DNA of 64,000 bases from an uncultured Planctomycetaceae bacterium (GCA_963833985.1 CAWIAD010000002.1:3040001-3104000), one strand, 5' to 3'; numbered from the stretch's first letter, positions 1 to 11,127 are shown. Translations and numbers: made by a program. Notes: generated by a model not told the origin, from the letters alone.

Positions 1-73
1 GAAGATCGGAGAGCTGCTTGAGTGCTGATGGAGTGATCTCGATCTGATACCTGGGTTCCGGTCCTGTAGCCAC
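1..73 (-). CDS. RelE/ParE-family toxin, N-terminal part (runs off window edge)
   Basis: Manual translation from GTG at 73 gives VATGPEPRYQIEITPSALKQLSDL, a typical RelE N-terminus; starts 3 nt after the antitoxin stop. Confidence 0.7.
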   Translation of the reverse strand, partial: MATGPEPRYQIEITPSALKQLSDL

Positions 74-76
74 CTG

Positions 77-328
77 TCAGAGCCCTAGTTCGGCCTTGGC
101 CTGATCCCAAGGGATCGTTCCTCCGCGCTCGATTTCCTCCAAGGCTTGCCGGGCGGCCTTGAGGTCTCGACGGCGCTCGATTACCTCCAGGAGTGCCAGA
201 TCCTCAACAGAGACAATCGCGGCGATCCCCTTGTTGTGCCTGTGGATCAGGTATCGAGCGCCCTTCCGTGCGCGTCTTACCACGCCAGCGAAATCCTTCC
301 TTGCCTCGCTAGCAGTCACTTTGATCAT
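77..328 (-). CDS. Phd/YefM-family antitoxin
   Basis: MIKVTASEARKDFAGVVRRA...YLIHRHNKGIAAIVSVEDLALLE...IPWDQAKAELGL; GGAGG RBS upstream of ATG 328. Confidence 0.85.
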   Translation of the reverse strand: MIKVTASEARKDFAGVVRRARKGARYLIHRHNKGIAAIVSVEDLALLEVIERRRDLKAARQALEEIERGGTIPWDQAKAELGL

Positions 329-348
329 CAAGTGATGCCTCCCATATT

Positions 349-434
349 TTTGTACAAAGCTGCCAAGCACAGCTATCTCTATCATACGGTATTTTCAGCA
401 TTCTTGAACACGCCGCATAGACATTTTGTACAAA
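349..434. promoter_or_regulatory. Two TTTGTACAAA palindromes (349-358, 425-434), putative TA autoregulatory operators
   Basis: Identical perfect 10-bp palindromes directly upstream of the Phd-like antitoxin. Confidence 0.55.
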
Positions 435-554
435 GTATTCCAGACAAATGGGATAGGGAAACGCTGAGCAACCAGAGCACGCCACAGCCCCTCCTGCCCC
501 GCCGGTACCCCGCCAATTGGACGAAGCGGCTTCGCCGCGGGCTGGCATCCTTGA

Positions 555-1088
555 GACGAATCGCTACTGGCCACTTGCACTGACATCGACCTGAATCCAG
601 TGGCAGCGGGCCTGGCCAGCGCGCCAGAGACGAGCGCTCATACGTCAATCAAGGAGCGGGTGGAGCACGTCCAGGAGCAGGGCCGGACCGAGGACCTGGA
701 GGCCGCCAGGGCCGGCAGTGTGGCGGGGTCGCAGGCGGCTGCGGGGCTGGAGGAGGGGCTGTGGCTCTGCCCGATCGAGGACCGCCGCAGCCTCGGCTCA
801 CCGCGCGAAGGGATGCTCGAGGGATTCGCGCTGGGCAGCTACCTGCTGCTGGTGGATGACACGGGCCGGCTGTTCCGGGAGGGGAAGGCGGCCATCTCGG
901 TGGAGCTGGCCGGGATCCTGGAGCGGCTGGGAACGAGCGCCGAGAGCTGGCGGGCGCGGCTGCTGAAGCTGGCTGGCGGCCGGCTACTGGGGCGGTTCTT
1001 CGCGGCGACCCGAGGACGCTTGCGGGAGATTGCCGGGCGGCTGAACGTGCACCACCTGGCGAACCTGGGCGGCTGCGCCGCGGGGTGA
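555..1088 (+). pseudogene. 5'-truncated Y1/RAYT-like (IS200-superfamily) transposase remnant
   Basis: In-frame DESLLATCTDIDLNPVAAG resembles the YIDLNPVxAG motif, with Asp at the catalytic Tyr position; the C-terminal HTSIKER...YLLLVDxTGR region is present, the HUH-containing N-terminus is absent. Confidence 0.7.
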
Positions 1089-1535
1089 GCGCCCCGCGGA
1101 CTCGAAGGTTTCGGGAGACGCGAGGTGGACGCGCGATGGTCGCTGTCTCGGTCGAGGATCGGGTCGGCTCTTGAGCTCGTGTCCGCGAGAGCACGGACAG
1201 CACAGGCAAGACCAGGGTCTCGCCCCCACGGACCCGGAAGAATTTCGATCCTGTCGCGGATCGGTCCTCGCGGGACCGATCAGGGTGTGCACCGCAAGCA
1301 CACGGCCATTCATCACCCACGCCGATACTGGCCGGAGGTCCGATAAAGCCACCGCAAGATCCCGGGGCTTTGTGCCGTAGACTGATCATGACGGCGTCGT
1401 GCGCCGGCTCCTTGACAATGCGGTTGTTTGTGACGATCACGCGCGCCGCCAGGGTCCGGCGGCGCGCGGAGATCCATCCCGTTTTCCACACGGCCCCGGG
1501 CAACCCGCCCTGAAGTGTGCCAGGAAAAAACTCCA

Positions 1536-1638
1536 ATCGAAGCCAATCGAAGAACGGAAAAACGATGTCTAAGTCGTTGTAGCGGAGCGAATAGCGTCTG
1601 GTGGCTTCGCTCCTGGGAGCTCGAGAACGAAGCCATTC
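1536..1638 (+). repeat. ~100-bp dispersed element, copy A
   Basis: CGAAGCCA at 1538 and 1628, internal inverted TGGCTTCG at 1602; aligns with copies at 2179-2280 and 40893-40996. Confidence 0.6.
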
Positions 1639-1846
1639 TGGTCCGGCCAGGGCGAGCCGTGGAAGGGAGCGGCATTTCCAGGGGGGGGGTGGTCGAGCGC
1701 CGGGCTACCACGGCGAGCGAGGAATGCCGTGCACCGTGCCCGAGTTCTTGAAACAGGGTGCATTGCTCCACGCCGACCGACCCCGCCAGGCGGTGCAAGA
1801 GTCGCACCATGGAGGGGCTTTAGCGACTATACCGTTGAAATAGCGT

Positions 1847-1993
1847 TAGAGCGGTTTTCTGGCGCGTTGCAGGCAGTTTCTGAGTTTCTAAAGGGGGGGG
1901 CAGACATTCCTGTCTGCCTGGACAGGCCTGCTCCGGCAGGCAGGAATGCCTGCCCCCCGGTTCCAGTCTGCGATCCGAGTGAAAACCGCTCTA
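1847..1993. mobile_element. MITE-like element with TIRs TAGAGCGGTTTTC...GAAAACCGCTCTA and an internal REP-like doublet (copy 1)
   Basis: 13-bp perfect terminal inverted repeat; internal GGCAGACATTCCTGTCTGCC...GGCAGGCAGGAATGCCTGCC; related copies at 48755 and 55797. Confidence 0.75.
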
Positions 1994-2022
1994 ACGAAAA
2001 GGGGCAAGAGGATTGCGACAGA

Positions 2023-2150
2023 CTTGTTCCCACGCTCTGCGTGGGGACACCGGTCGGGACGCTCCGCGTTCCACGGATTTCCCAGCCTCGGCGCGGGCTC
2101 AATCGACGCGGTGCGTCGCAGACGGCATTCCCACGGAGCGTGGGAACGAG
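2023..2150. repeat. REP/BIME-like palindromic repeat
   Basis: CTTGTTCCCACGCTCTGCGTGGG...GGACGCTCCGCGT...GACGCGGTGCGTC...CCCACGGAGCGTGGGAACGAG, nested inverted repeats. Confidence 0.7.
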
Positions 2151-2178
2151 GGAAGCGTCGCACCATGTTGGGGCTGAG

Positions 2179-2280
2179 CGAAGCCAATGAAAAACCGAAA
2201 GACCGGATCTAAATGGATATCGATAAAGGATTAACGTCGAGAGAACTCGTTTCAGTCGGTCCGAAATCGAAGCCAATTTG
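2179..2280 (+). repeat. ~100-bp dispersed element, copy B
   Basis: CGAAGCCAAT at 2179 and 2268 with a central TAAAT-N15-ATTAA. Confidence 0.55.
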
Positions 2281-2367
2281 CCCGGGGCGGACTCGCGTGG
2301 TGAACCAGGACGGGTCCGCACCGGATGGCCGGGGCCGTAGCGCGGTCATCGGGCGGGGGCGGCTGGA

Positions 2368-3309
2368 TCAGCGTCTCAGCCAGTTCATTCCCAGGCCGGC
2401 GAAGAACGAGCTGATGGGCCCGCGGCGGGCAGGAGGCGGGGGCTGCGGGGCCGCCGGCGCCTGATCAGGGGCCGCATTGGTGCCGGCTGGAGCGGGATCA
2501 TTCTGGGTCACATCCGCCAGCGGAGCAGCGGAATGCGAAGCGGTGCCATCGGCCTCTTCCACGGCAGGCAGGGTGGCATCGGACATTGCCAGGATCGGTC
2601 CGGGGTCGCTCTGCCGGCGCTCGTTGCTGCGCTGCCGGTTCCACGAGGTGCGCGGCGGGGCGGCGGCGGGCCGGCCGGGTGCGGCAAGCTCCGGTCCACC
2701 TGGGGCGGAGCCGGCCGGAGCCGCGGGTCGAGCGGACCTCGAGGCCTGAGGCCGTCCGGCCGGGTTGGAGTCTGGAACGTCGAACGGGGAGGTTTCGGTC
2801 GCGGGGGCCGGCGTGTTCAGCCGTGGGACCTGGGTCCCGTTCCGCGGTGCTCCGGCTCCGGGCGTGGGACGAACAGCCGGAGGGTTCGCGGGGTTGTCCA
2901 TCTCGAAGGGCGACCGCTCATCCTCGGCCGGCGGATTCGGGATCGGAGGCTTCACGCCGGGCTCGATACCAGGGGCCTCCTGGTCGCCGCCCTCGATATC
3001 CGAGGGAGGTGGCTTGGGTGCCTCGATCGGCAGCTTGCGCAGCTCTTCCTGCGTGTTCGGGCCATACTCGCTGGGCAGGTTCCATCCCCTGGGGAACTGA
3101 CGCCACTGCGTGGGGAAATAGCCGTAGTACTGGTCGCGGTAGAGCTTGTAGATCGGCTCTTCCTGCGAGCACGGCGTTCGCTGCCGCTTGATCGGATGCA
3201 GAGGAAAAAGCCCGCTCTGTTGCGCCTGGGCCAGTCCCGAAAAGCTCATGACGGCCGCAGTGACGGCAAGAGCCAGACCCGGTTTCCGACGCCATCGTTT
3301 CGTCAGCAT
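2368..3309 (-). CDS. Secreted Pro/Ala-rich hypothetical protein
   Basis: Signal peptide (LALAVTAAVMSFSGLAQA), aromatic YYGYFPTQWRQFP segment, low-complexity tail. Confidence 0.75.
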   Translation of the reverse strand: MLTKRWRRKPGLALAVTAAVMSFSGLAQAQQSGLFPLHPIKRQRTPCSQEEPIYKLYRDQYYGYFPTQWRQFPRGWNLPSEYGPNTQEELRKLPIEAPKPPPSDIEGGDQEAPGIEPGVKPPIPNPPAEDERSPFEMDNPANPPAVRPTPGAGAPRNGTQVPRLNTPAPATETSPFDVPDSNPAGRPQASRSARPAAPAGSAPGGPELAAPGRPAAAPPRTSWNRQRSNERRQSDPGPILAMSDATLPAVEEADGTASHSAAPLADVTQNDPAPAGTNAAPDQAPAAPQPPPPARRGPISSFFAGLGMNWLRR

Positions 3310-3648
3310 TCCTTGCCTCGACCGGTCGCGGTGGCTTGGTTCGCCTCCTGAGTCCTGGGCGGAGGCTGACCCGGCATCTCACAGTCTTCCGAGGAACTTG
3401 GATCGGGTACGAAAGCGAGTTTACTCCAGAGGATCTGGGTAATTTCGGAAGATTCCGTACTTTACGCAAGAACCGATCGCGCGAGGTTTGCTCGTGGGCG
3501 GGACTCTACCTGTTCCATGCATTTGAGCGAGGAAAACGTTGATAGGGCGCCGGGGACCAGCCGATTTCCAAAGAGAGAACGACGCGGCGAGCGCCGGACT
3601 GTGGCGGCGCAGGAAGCCGCCGGCACGTGGTGGAAAGGAGTGTCCTCG

Positions 3649-4236
3649 ATGCGCGGATGCGGATGGAGATCCTGGTTTCGCGGTGCGGCCTGTGCCGGCC
3701 TGCTGGGCGTGGCATGGGTACCGGGACTGCACGCCCAGACGCAAGCCAGCGCCGCGGCGCTGCCGGGGATTGGCTTTTTGCCACAGACGGCACTCGGCGG
3801 TTCGACGACGGGCGGCGTCGGAGTCATGGCGTTTCCGATGCTTGCGGGCACGGGGGCAGGAACCGCGCAGGCGGGCTCATCGGGTGCCGTGAACCCGGCG
3901 CTGGATCCGCTTGGCCTGAGCTACATCTATGGGCCGGCGGCAATCCCGATGACGCAAGCACAAGCCGGACTGTTCATGCTCTCGGCGGAGCAGCGGATGC
4001 TCGGGCTGGGCAACGGCCAGATCAGCGGGACTCGCCCCGGGGGCCAGGGCACCGGCGTGCGTGGAGCCAGAGGCGCACAGCCGGTGCAGGCCTCGGCGGC
4101 ACACCCCAGGAAGGCGAATACTCCGGGGGGGCTGGCGGCCAGCTACTTTCACCGCGGCATGGCCGCGCCGGCACGCTCCGCGCCCCACTTCCAGCGTCCC
4201 CTGCGTTATTTCCCGTTGCCCCAAAGAGGGCAATAA
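3649..4236 (+). CDS. Secreted Gly/Ala-rich hypothetical protein
   Basis: AAGGAG RBS before ATG 3649; signal-peptide-like N-terminus. Confidence 0.55.
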   Translation: MRGCGWRSWFRGAACAGLLGVAWVPGLHAQTQASAAALPGIGFLPQTALGGSTTGGVGVMAFPMLAGTGAGTAQAGSSGAVNPALDPLGLSYIYGPAAIPMTQAQAGLFMLSAEQRMLGLGNGQISGTRPGGQGTGVRGARGAQPVQASAAHPRKANTPGGLAASYFHRGMAAPARSAPHFQRPLRYFPLPQRGQ

Positions 4237-4472
4237 CGCGAATCCAGGGGTTTTGGATTTGAGCGAGCGCGGGATTGTGCCGATTGTAAGTCGTGTCAAG
4301 ACCGATCCGGAAGAATCAGAACCGGTCGGCCCCTCGGTGAACAATGCAGGGATCGGGGGCAGGATGGCCTGCACGGCGGGCAGAACCGTCCGTGGAGGAT
4401 CACGGCGGTTGCGATGGTCCGAAACTTCGGGGCCTGCTCGGCCGGACTCGGAGTGCCGGGAGGGAGTGGTGC

Positions 4473-5402
4473 ATGGATCGCACAGGAACTATCCGCCGGG
4501 CGGGCTGGCTGCTGACGCTGGTCGTTTGCGCCGCAAGCGGATGCCAGACGGTCAGAACGCCCGAAGAGAAGATCGCCAGCAGCAGTATTCCCAGCGAGTT
4601 CAAGAAGGTCTCGATGCCAGACTATGTGCTCGAGCCTCCGGACCTTGTGCTCGTCGAGGTCCTGGAGGCCCTGCCGGGCAGGCCCATCTCCGGTGAACGG
4701 CTGGTGCGGCCCGACGGGAAGATCTCGCTAGGCTTTTACGGCGACGTGTATGTGACAGGCCTGACCATTCCTGAGGTGAAGGAAAAGATCGTCTTGCACC
4801 TGCGCAAGTTCCTCACCGATGAGGTGCTGGGCCTGGTGATGCTGGACCCCATGACCGGCGGCCCGGCACTCGACGAGAAGGGCAAGCCGAAGATCGTCGA
4901 GCCGAAGGACAGCGACCGCGTATTCGTGGACGTAACGGCTTATAACAGCAAGAATTATTACGTCCTGGGTGACGTCGGCGCGCCCGGCAAGCTGCCGATC
5001 ACCGGCAACGAAACGGTGCTCGACGCCATCCAGTACGCCGGCGGGTTGATCCCCACCGCGGCTCCCAACAACGTGCGGCTGGTGCGCCCTGCGCCGCCTG
5101 GGGCCTGCTGCGAGCAGGTCTTGCCGGTGAACCTGGCGGCGATCATGAGCGGCGGTGACTCCACCACCAACTACCAGCTCATGCCCGGCGACCGGGTCGT
5201 GGTCTATCGCGACCCGATCGTGCGGACGACCATCTTCATCGACCGGCTCGCCGCCCCGTTCCAGACGGTGCTGAACTCCATCTTGCAGTACTCCTTCACG
5301 GCCCGCTCGGTCGAGTTCTTGAGACTGGGCGCACGAGGAGTTGGAACCGCGGCATCGACTTCCACGACCCCCACCCTGGCGACCCAGCCGGGGGCCCGTT
5401 GA
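4473..5402 (+). CDS. Polysaccharide biosynthesis/export lipoprotein (Wza-like, SLBB domain)
   Basis: Lipobox-like ASGC; YVLEPPDLV, VRPDGKISLGFYGDVYVTGLT, YYVLGDVGAPG, NYQLMPGDRVVV motifs. Confidence 0.88.
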   Translation: MDRTGTIRRAGWLLTLVVCAASGCQTVRTPEEKIASSSIPSEFKKVSMPDYVLEPPDLVLVEVLEALPGRPISGERLVRPDGKISLGFYGDVYVTGLTIPEVKEKIVLHLRKFLTDEVLGLVMLDPMTGGPALDEKGKPKIVEPKDSDRVFVDVTAYNSKNYYVLGDVGAPGKLPITGNETVLDAIQYAGGLIPTAAPNNVRLVRPAPPGACCEQVLPVNLAAIMSGGDSTTNYQLMPGDRVVVYRDPIVRTTIFIDRLAAPFQTVLNSILQYSFTARSVEFLRLGARGVGTAASTSTTPTLATQPGAR

Positions 5403-5703
5403 CTCCGGATCTGCCCGGGGTCTGAAAATGTGAGCTGCTGAGAGTAGCGCGAAGGCATTCCGACAGCCGAGCCAGTCCTTTTCTCGGGGCTGGCTCGGCT
5501 GTGTGCATGAGGCCGCCTCCCTCCGGGGCACCCGCCGAATACGGCCCTGCCGCCGGCGATCAGGCTTGACCTCAGGCCTGGCCTCGGTAGATTTCTGAGG
5601 GTCGACGATTCCTTGATGCCTGGAGTGATTGTCCTTGGAAGCAGCCGTGCGCGGGGCAATTTCTGGCGTTCGCGATCAGCAGTCACCCAGGCCGCGCCGA
5701 TCC

Positions 5704-6378
5704 ATGCGCGCTCGGGTCGTCAGATTGGCCCTGGCGCTTGCCATGCTTGCGGCTGCCTTGCCCGTAGGCTTTCTGCTACGCCCGCTGGTCGATAGCAACC
5801 TGGCCGCCGTCGTCCCCGGCAAGCTCTTCCGGGCGGCCCAACCCACCTCGCGGCTCCTCCGGATCATCAAGGAAAACCAGCTCGCCGCGATCCTCAACCT
5901 GCGCGGCGGGTCGGCAAGGGACTGGTGGTACACCGCCGAGGTCCGCACGGCCGGGGCCAACGGCGTCGCGTTCTTCGACTTCCCCATGAGCGCGACGAAG
6001 CGGCCGTCGCGCCGGGAATTGCTCACGCTGATCGATTTCTTCGACCATTGCCCGTACCCCTTGCTCATCCATTGCAAGGCCGGCGCCGACCGGACCGGCC
6101 TGGCCACGGCAATGTACCTGATGATGAAGGAAGGCGAGCCGCCGCGCCAGGCGTTACGGGCGTTCACGCTCTATCATGGCCATGTCCCCATGTTTGGACC
6201 GCAGCATCTGCATGAACCTGTGGATGAGTATGCGGCCTGGCTCGATGCGGAACGGCTCGAGCACACTCCCGCACGGCTCCGCGCCTGGGTTAAAGACACC
6301 TATCACTCTGCCGATCCGAGTGTGAATCCCGCGCCACTTCCCAGGGGCCCGCGCAGAGCGTTACCGTACCTTGAATAG
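5704..6378 (+). CDS. Tyrosine/dual-specificity protein phosphatase, membrane-anchored
   Basis: HCKAGADRTG (CX5R) active site; LFRAAQP and ILNLRG motifs. Confidence 0.88.
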   Translation: MRARVVRLALALAMLAAALPVGFLLRPLVDSNLAAVVPGKLFRAAQPTSRLLRIIKENQLAAILNLRGGSARDWWYTAEVRTAGANGVAFFDFPMSATKRPSRRELLTLIDFFDHCPYPLLIHCKAGADRTGLATAMYLMMKEGEPPRQALRAFTLYHGHVPMFGPQHLHEPVDEYAAWLDAERLEHTPARLRAWVKDTYHSADPSVNPAPLPRGPRRALPYLE

Positions 6379-6760
6379 ATGGTCCGCGCCGGTCCGGACC
6401 AGACGGCTGCCCCCGCCTCCAAGCTTCAATCCCGCTCCGTCTCACTGCCGACGCATCGCTTGCCGCATTCGAATAGCAAGCTTAAAATGCCAACGACTCG
6501 CTAGACGACCAAAGCCTTTTTATGCCGAGCATGCCACGTTCAGCCCATTGCACCCCCCTGGCCACTCCAAGTGACCGTGGATGTCTGTCTGCGGGTACGC
6601 ATGTTTCCCTATGTCAACATGTAGACCCGTCATGGGGCTCGTAACGCATCCAGATCACGGAGCAGTTCGTTGAAAAGCTTTCATCTTGGTGCCAGGGCCG
6701 CACTTTGACGCTATACAACAAGGCTCCTCTCAGACCAGCGTCAGCCCACGGGGACGTACC

Positions 6761-7780
6761 ATGAGTATTGCGGACCGCCCAGAAAGCGCTTTGGTACACT
6801 CGCAATCAAGTTTCCCGCGCTCCAGTTCGCAGGCCAGGCCTTCTTTCGAACGCGACTTCGAGATCGTGCTCCATGTGGGTCATCCCAAGACCGCGACGAC
6901 ATGGCTGCAAGCAAACCTCTTCGAGAAACCTGAGTCGGGTTTCCTCATCCCCTGGCCCGATTCGCGCTCGCTGGCGATCGCTGCTTTTGTGACGGTGAAT
7001 CCTTATCTGCGCGATCCCGAATGGTCGCGGAGCCTGTTCCAGAGCGGACTGGATCGCGCGGGCGAGGACGAGGCCGGCCGGGTGCCCGTCCTTTCGGACG
7101 AGACCCTGTGCGGCGACCCCGTGCAGCGCCGCTACACCGGGCGCGACGTTGCCGACCGGATTCACGCGGCGTTTCCACGCGCCAGGGTGCTGATTGGCAT
7201 TCGCGAGCAGAAGGCCATGGCGCTCTCGGCATTCCGCGAGTATATCTTCATGGGAGGTACCTTGCCGCTGAGGGATTTCATCGGCACCGGATGCGAGCCG
7301 CTCAGCTTCACCCCCATTCTCCGCGAGGACTTTCTCAGTTACGACCTGATCGTCGGCTATTACCAGGAGCTTTATGGCTCCGAGAACGTGCTCGTGCTGC
7401 CCATCGAGCAGCTTCGCAAGGACCGCTCGCTTTACGTCCGCAACCTGCGTTCGTTCTGCGGCTGTCCGGGCGAGTTCGAGGTCGATGCCCAGCCGGCTCA
7501 CGTAGGCTGGTCCGCGCTCACGCTGGGGATACGCCGCAGGCTCAATCCGCTCCTCCCGACCAGTCCGTTATCACTGGGCCGTCGCCAGATGCAGAACCGC
7601 ATCGCCTACCGAATCTGCGACGCGATCGACCGCATGCCAAGGCGGTGGAGCCATGCCATCGAACGGCGCTGGAAGGAGCAGATCTCCCGGCGCTATGAGG
7701 GTGCCTTCGGCGAATCCAACCGCCGCCTGGCGCGATTGACCGGAATCGACCTTGGCGCGCTGGGCTATGACCTGGGCTGA
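6761..7780 (+). CDS. Sulfotransferase-like P-loop protein
   Basis: LHVGHPKTATTWLQ PAPS-binding-like loop; VLSDETL; ARVLIGIREQ. Confidence 0.75.
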   Translation: MSIADRPESALVHSQSSFPRSSSQARPSFERDFEIVLHVGHPKTATTWLQANLFEKPESGFLIPWPDSRSLAIAAFVTVNPYLRDPEWSRSLFQSGLDRAGEDEAGRVPVLSDETLCGDPVQRRYTGRDVADRIHAAFPRARVLIGIREQKAMALSAFREYIFMGGTLPLRDFIGTGCEPLSFTPILREDFLSYDLIVGYYQELYGSENVLVLPIEQLRKDRSLYVRNLRSFCGCPGEFEVDAQPAHVGWSALTLGIRRRLNPLLPTSPLSLGRRQMQNRIAYRICDAIDRMPRRWSHAIERRWKEQISRRYEGAFGESNRRLARLTGIDLGALGYDLG

Positions 7781-7863
7781 GCGGCTTGCGGGCGCTTCGC
7801 TCGCGTGATTTTTCCGTCATTCCTGCCCGGCCTTCTGGCAGCTTTCTCGAGAAGCAATCGACC

Positions 7864-8787
7864 ATGCCGATACGGTGTCTCCACGCACTGGTTCTGGGGC
7901 TGCCAGGCCTGGTGTGCAACGTCCCCGCGCAGGCCGCCGAGCCGCTCCGGGTGGTGGTCTTCGGAGCCCATCCCGACGATTGCGAGTATGACGCCGGAGG
8001 CACTGCCGCGCGTTCGGCGCAAGCCGGCTTCAGGGTCAAGTTCATCGCACTCACCAACGGCGACATTGGCCATCACAAGATCGGCGGCATGTTCCTGGCG
8101 CGCCGCCGCGCGGACGAGGCCCGGAAGGCCGCCGCCATACTCGGGGTCGAGACCGAGGTGCTGGACCATCACGACGGTGAGCTCATGCCAACGCTGGAAA
8201 ACCGCCGCGAGGTCGTCTGCAAGATCCGCCAGTGGCGGGCCGACGTGGTTGTGGCCAACCGACCCAACGACTACCATCCCGACCATCGCTACACGGGCGT
8301 TCTGGTCCAGGATGCGGCCTTCATGGTCACGGTGCCCGGTTTCTGCCCGGACGTCCCCGCGCTGCGGAAGAACCCCGTCTTCCTGTACACCGAGGACGAG
8401 TTCCAGCGACCCAACCCCTTCTCGGCGGACATCGTCGTGCCGATCGATACGGTGGCCGGGCTCAAGCTGGCGGCCTTCGACGCCATCGAGTCGCAGTTCT
8501 ACGAGTGGGACCCGTTCATGGGCGACGACCTCGACCAGGTGCCCGCCGACAAGATCGAGCGCAAGCGCTGGCTGGCGTCTCAAAACCTGCCGATCTTCGG
8601 CAGGGTCGCCGACCGCTTCCGCGATCGGCTGGTGCGCGAACTGGGCGAGCGCCGGGGCAGGGCGGTGAAGTACGCTGAGGCGTTCGAGGTCTGCGAGTAC
8701 GGCAGCCAGCCAACCGAGGAAGATCTGCGGCGGATCTTTCCGTTCCTCTGGGCCGCCCCAACCGCGAGTGATTCTCACAAGCCCTGA
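7864..8787 (+). CDS. PIG-L/LmbE family deacetylase
   Basis: GAHPDDCE and DYHPDH metal-binding motifs; RRADEA. Confidence 0.9.
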   Translation: MPIRCLHALVLGLPGLVCNVPAQAAEPLRVVVFGAHPDDCEYDAGGTAARSAQAGFRVKFIALTNGDIGHHKIGGMFLARRRADEARKAAAILGVETEVLDHHDGELMPTLENRREVVCKIRQWRADVVVANRPNDYHPDHRYTGVLVQDAAFMVTVPGFCPDVPALRKNPVFLYTEDEFQRPNPFSADIVVPIDTVAGLKLAAFDAIESQFYEWDPFMGDDLDQVPADKIERKRWLASQNLPIFGRVADRFRDRLVRELGERRGRAVKYAEAFEVCEYGSQPTEEDLRRIFPFLWAAPTASDSHKP

Positions 8788-8794
8788 CACGGCC

Positions 8795-9889
8795 TCACGG
8801 GCGATCGCGGGATTCTTTACGAGCCGCCGGCGGCCCGGCATTCGGCCCGGCCGGCGCGCCCTTGGGCCTGGTCCGGGGAATCGTCTTGAACCGCGAGGAC
8901 TCGAAGACCCGTGTTCCCTGCGGCGTGGATCGGATGTAAAGCGCCGCGGTGCCCGGCATCGATTCGATGAGCTTCATTCCCTGCTCGGGTCCCAGCAGGT
9001 AGACCGAGGTCTCCAGGGCGTCCGAGGTGCGGCCGTCGGGCGCCACGACCGTCACGCTGGCGCGATCTTCCACGCCGACCCCGGTCATCGGATTGATGAT
9101 GTGCGAGTAGCGGTGTCCGTCGATGATCACGAAGCGTTCGGCATCGCCTGAGGTCGAGATCGCGGCGTTGGCCAGCAGGACGTAGGTCTGAGGCTCGGAT
9201 TCTTGAGGGTTGAGGCCGGCGACCGCGATCGTCCAGCCGTCGGCGTCCGGCGGTGGGTCGGCGACGACAATGTCGCCGGCGGCCGCTGCGAGGGCACGTG
9301 TGATGCCCTGCGATTTTAGCACGTCGATGGCCGCCTGTGCCGCGTACCCCTTGGCAATGCCTCCGACGTCCAGCCGCATGCCGGTCCTGGTGAGCTGGAC
9401 CGTCCGCTTCCCCGGGTCGAGCAGCAGCTTGTCGCTGCCGACCAGGGCACGAGCCTCGGCGATCTTCTGAGGATCGGGCAGCTTGCGGTCGCGCCGCGCC
9501 CGCCGCCAGAGCCGGCCCACGGGGGCAATCGTCACGTCGAACACGCCGCCGGTGCGCGACCAGTACTCCTTCGACAGGGCCAGCACGTCGAACAGGTCGG
9601 CGCTCACGGCGACGGGCGGGCCGCCGGCCATTTGCCCGAGGCGCGACAGCTCGCTCTCCGGCTGGTAGTCGCTGAGGGTGGCGTCGAGTGCGGCGACGCG
9701 GTCGAAGGCCAGGCGGGAGGCGCGTCTAGCAGTCGCCGCGTCGCTGGAGTATAAGAGAATTTTGAAGGAACACCCCATGTGAGTTTCGACGAACTCGAAC
9801 CGCGCTGGATGTTCTGCCGAATCCGCATACGCGAAGGTGCCCGCGGTGACCGCAAGAACCAGCCAGGCGCCCGGCAACGATGCGAACAT
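8795..9889 (-). CDS. apbE: FAD:protein FMN transferase
   Basis: HMGCSF, FDVTIAP, LDVGGIAKGYA, AISTSGDAERF, YSHIINPMTG motifs in the C-terminal half of the 8795-11125 ORF. Confidence 0.9.
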   Translation of the reverse strand: MFASLPGAWLVLAVTAGTFAYADSAEHPARFEFVETHMGCSFKILLYSSDAATARRASRLAFDRVAALDATLSDYQPESELSRLGQMAGGPPVAVSADLFDVLALSKEYWSRTGGVFDVTIAPVGRLWRRARRDRKLPDPQKIAEARALVGSDKLLLDPGKRTVQLTRTGMRLDVGGIAKGYAAQAAIDVLKSQGITRALAAAAGDIVVADPPPDADGWTIAVAGLNPQESEPQTYVLLANAAISTSGDAERFVIIDGHRYSHIINPMTGVGVEDRASVTVVAPDGRTSDALETSVYLLGPEQGMKLIESMPGTAALYIRSTPQGTRVFESSRFKTIPRTRPKGAPAGPNAGPPAARKESRDRP

Positions 9890-9973
9890 GAGTCCCCCAT
9901 GAACAACTTCGTTTTGAAACTCAAGACCGACGGACGACCTGAAAGCCGATCCGACCTGTGGAGCATACCAAAC

Positions 9974-11026
<1,053 letters not shown>

Positions 11027-11127
11027 ACGGTGGCCCTGGCCGTTTCTTTTCGCCTTCCCCGGGCTCCACCTGGCCGCATCGTGCATCCGGGACGAACCCG
11101 TTTCTTGATCCCCTGGAGAACGCACCC

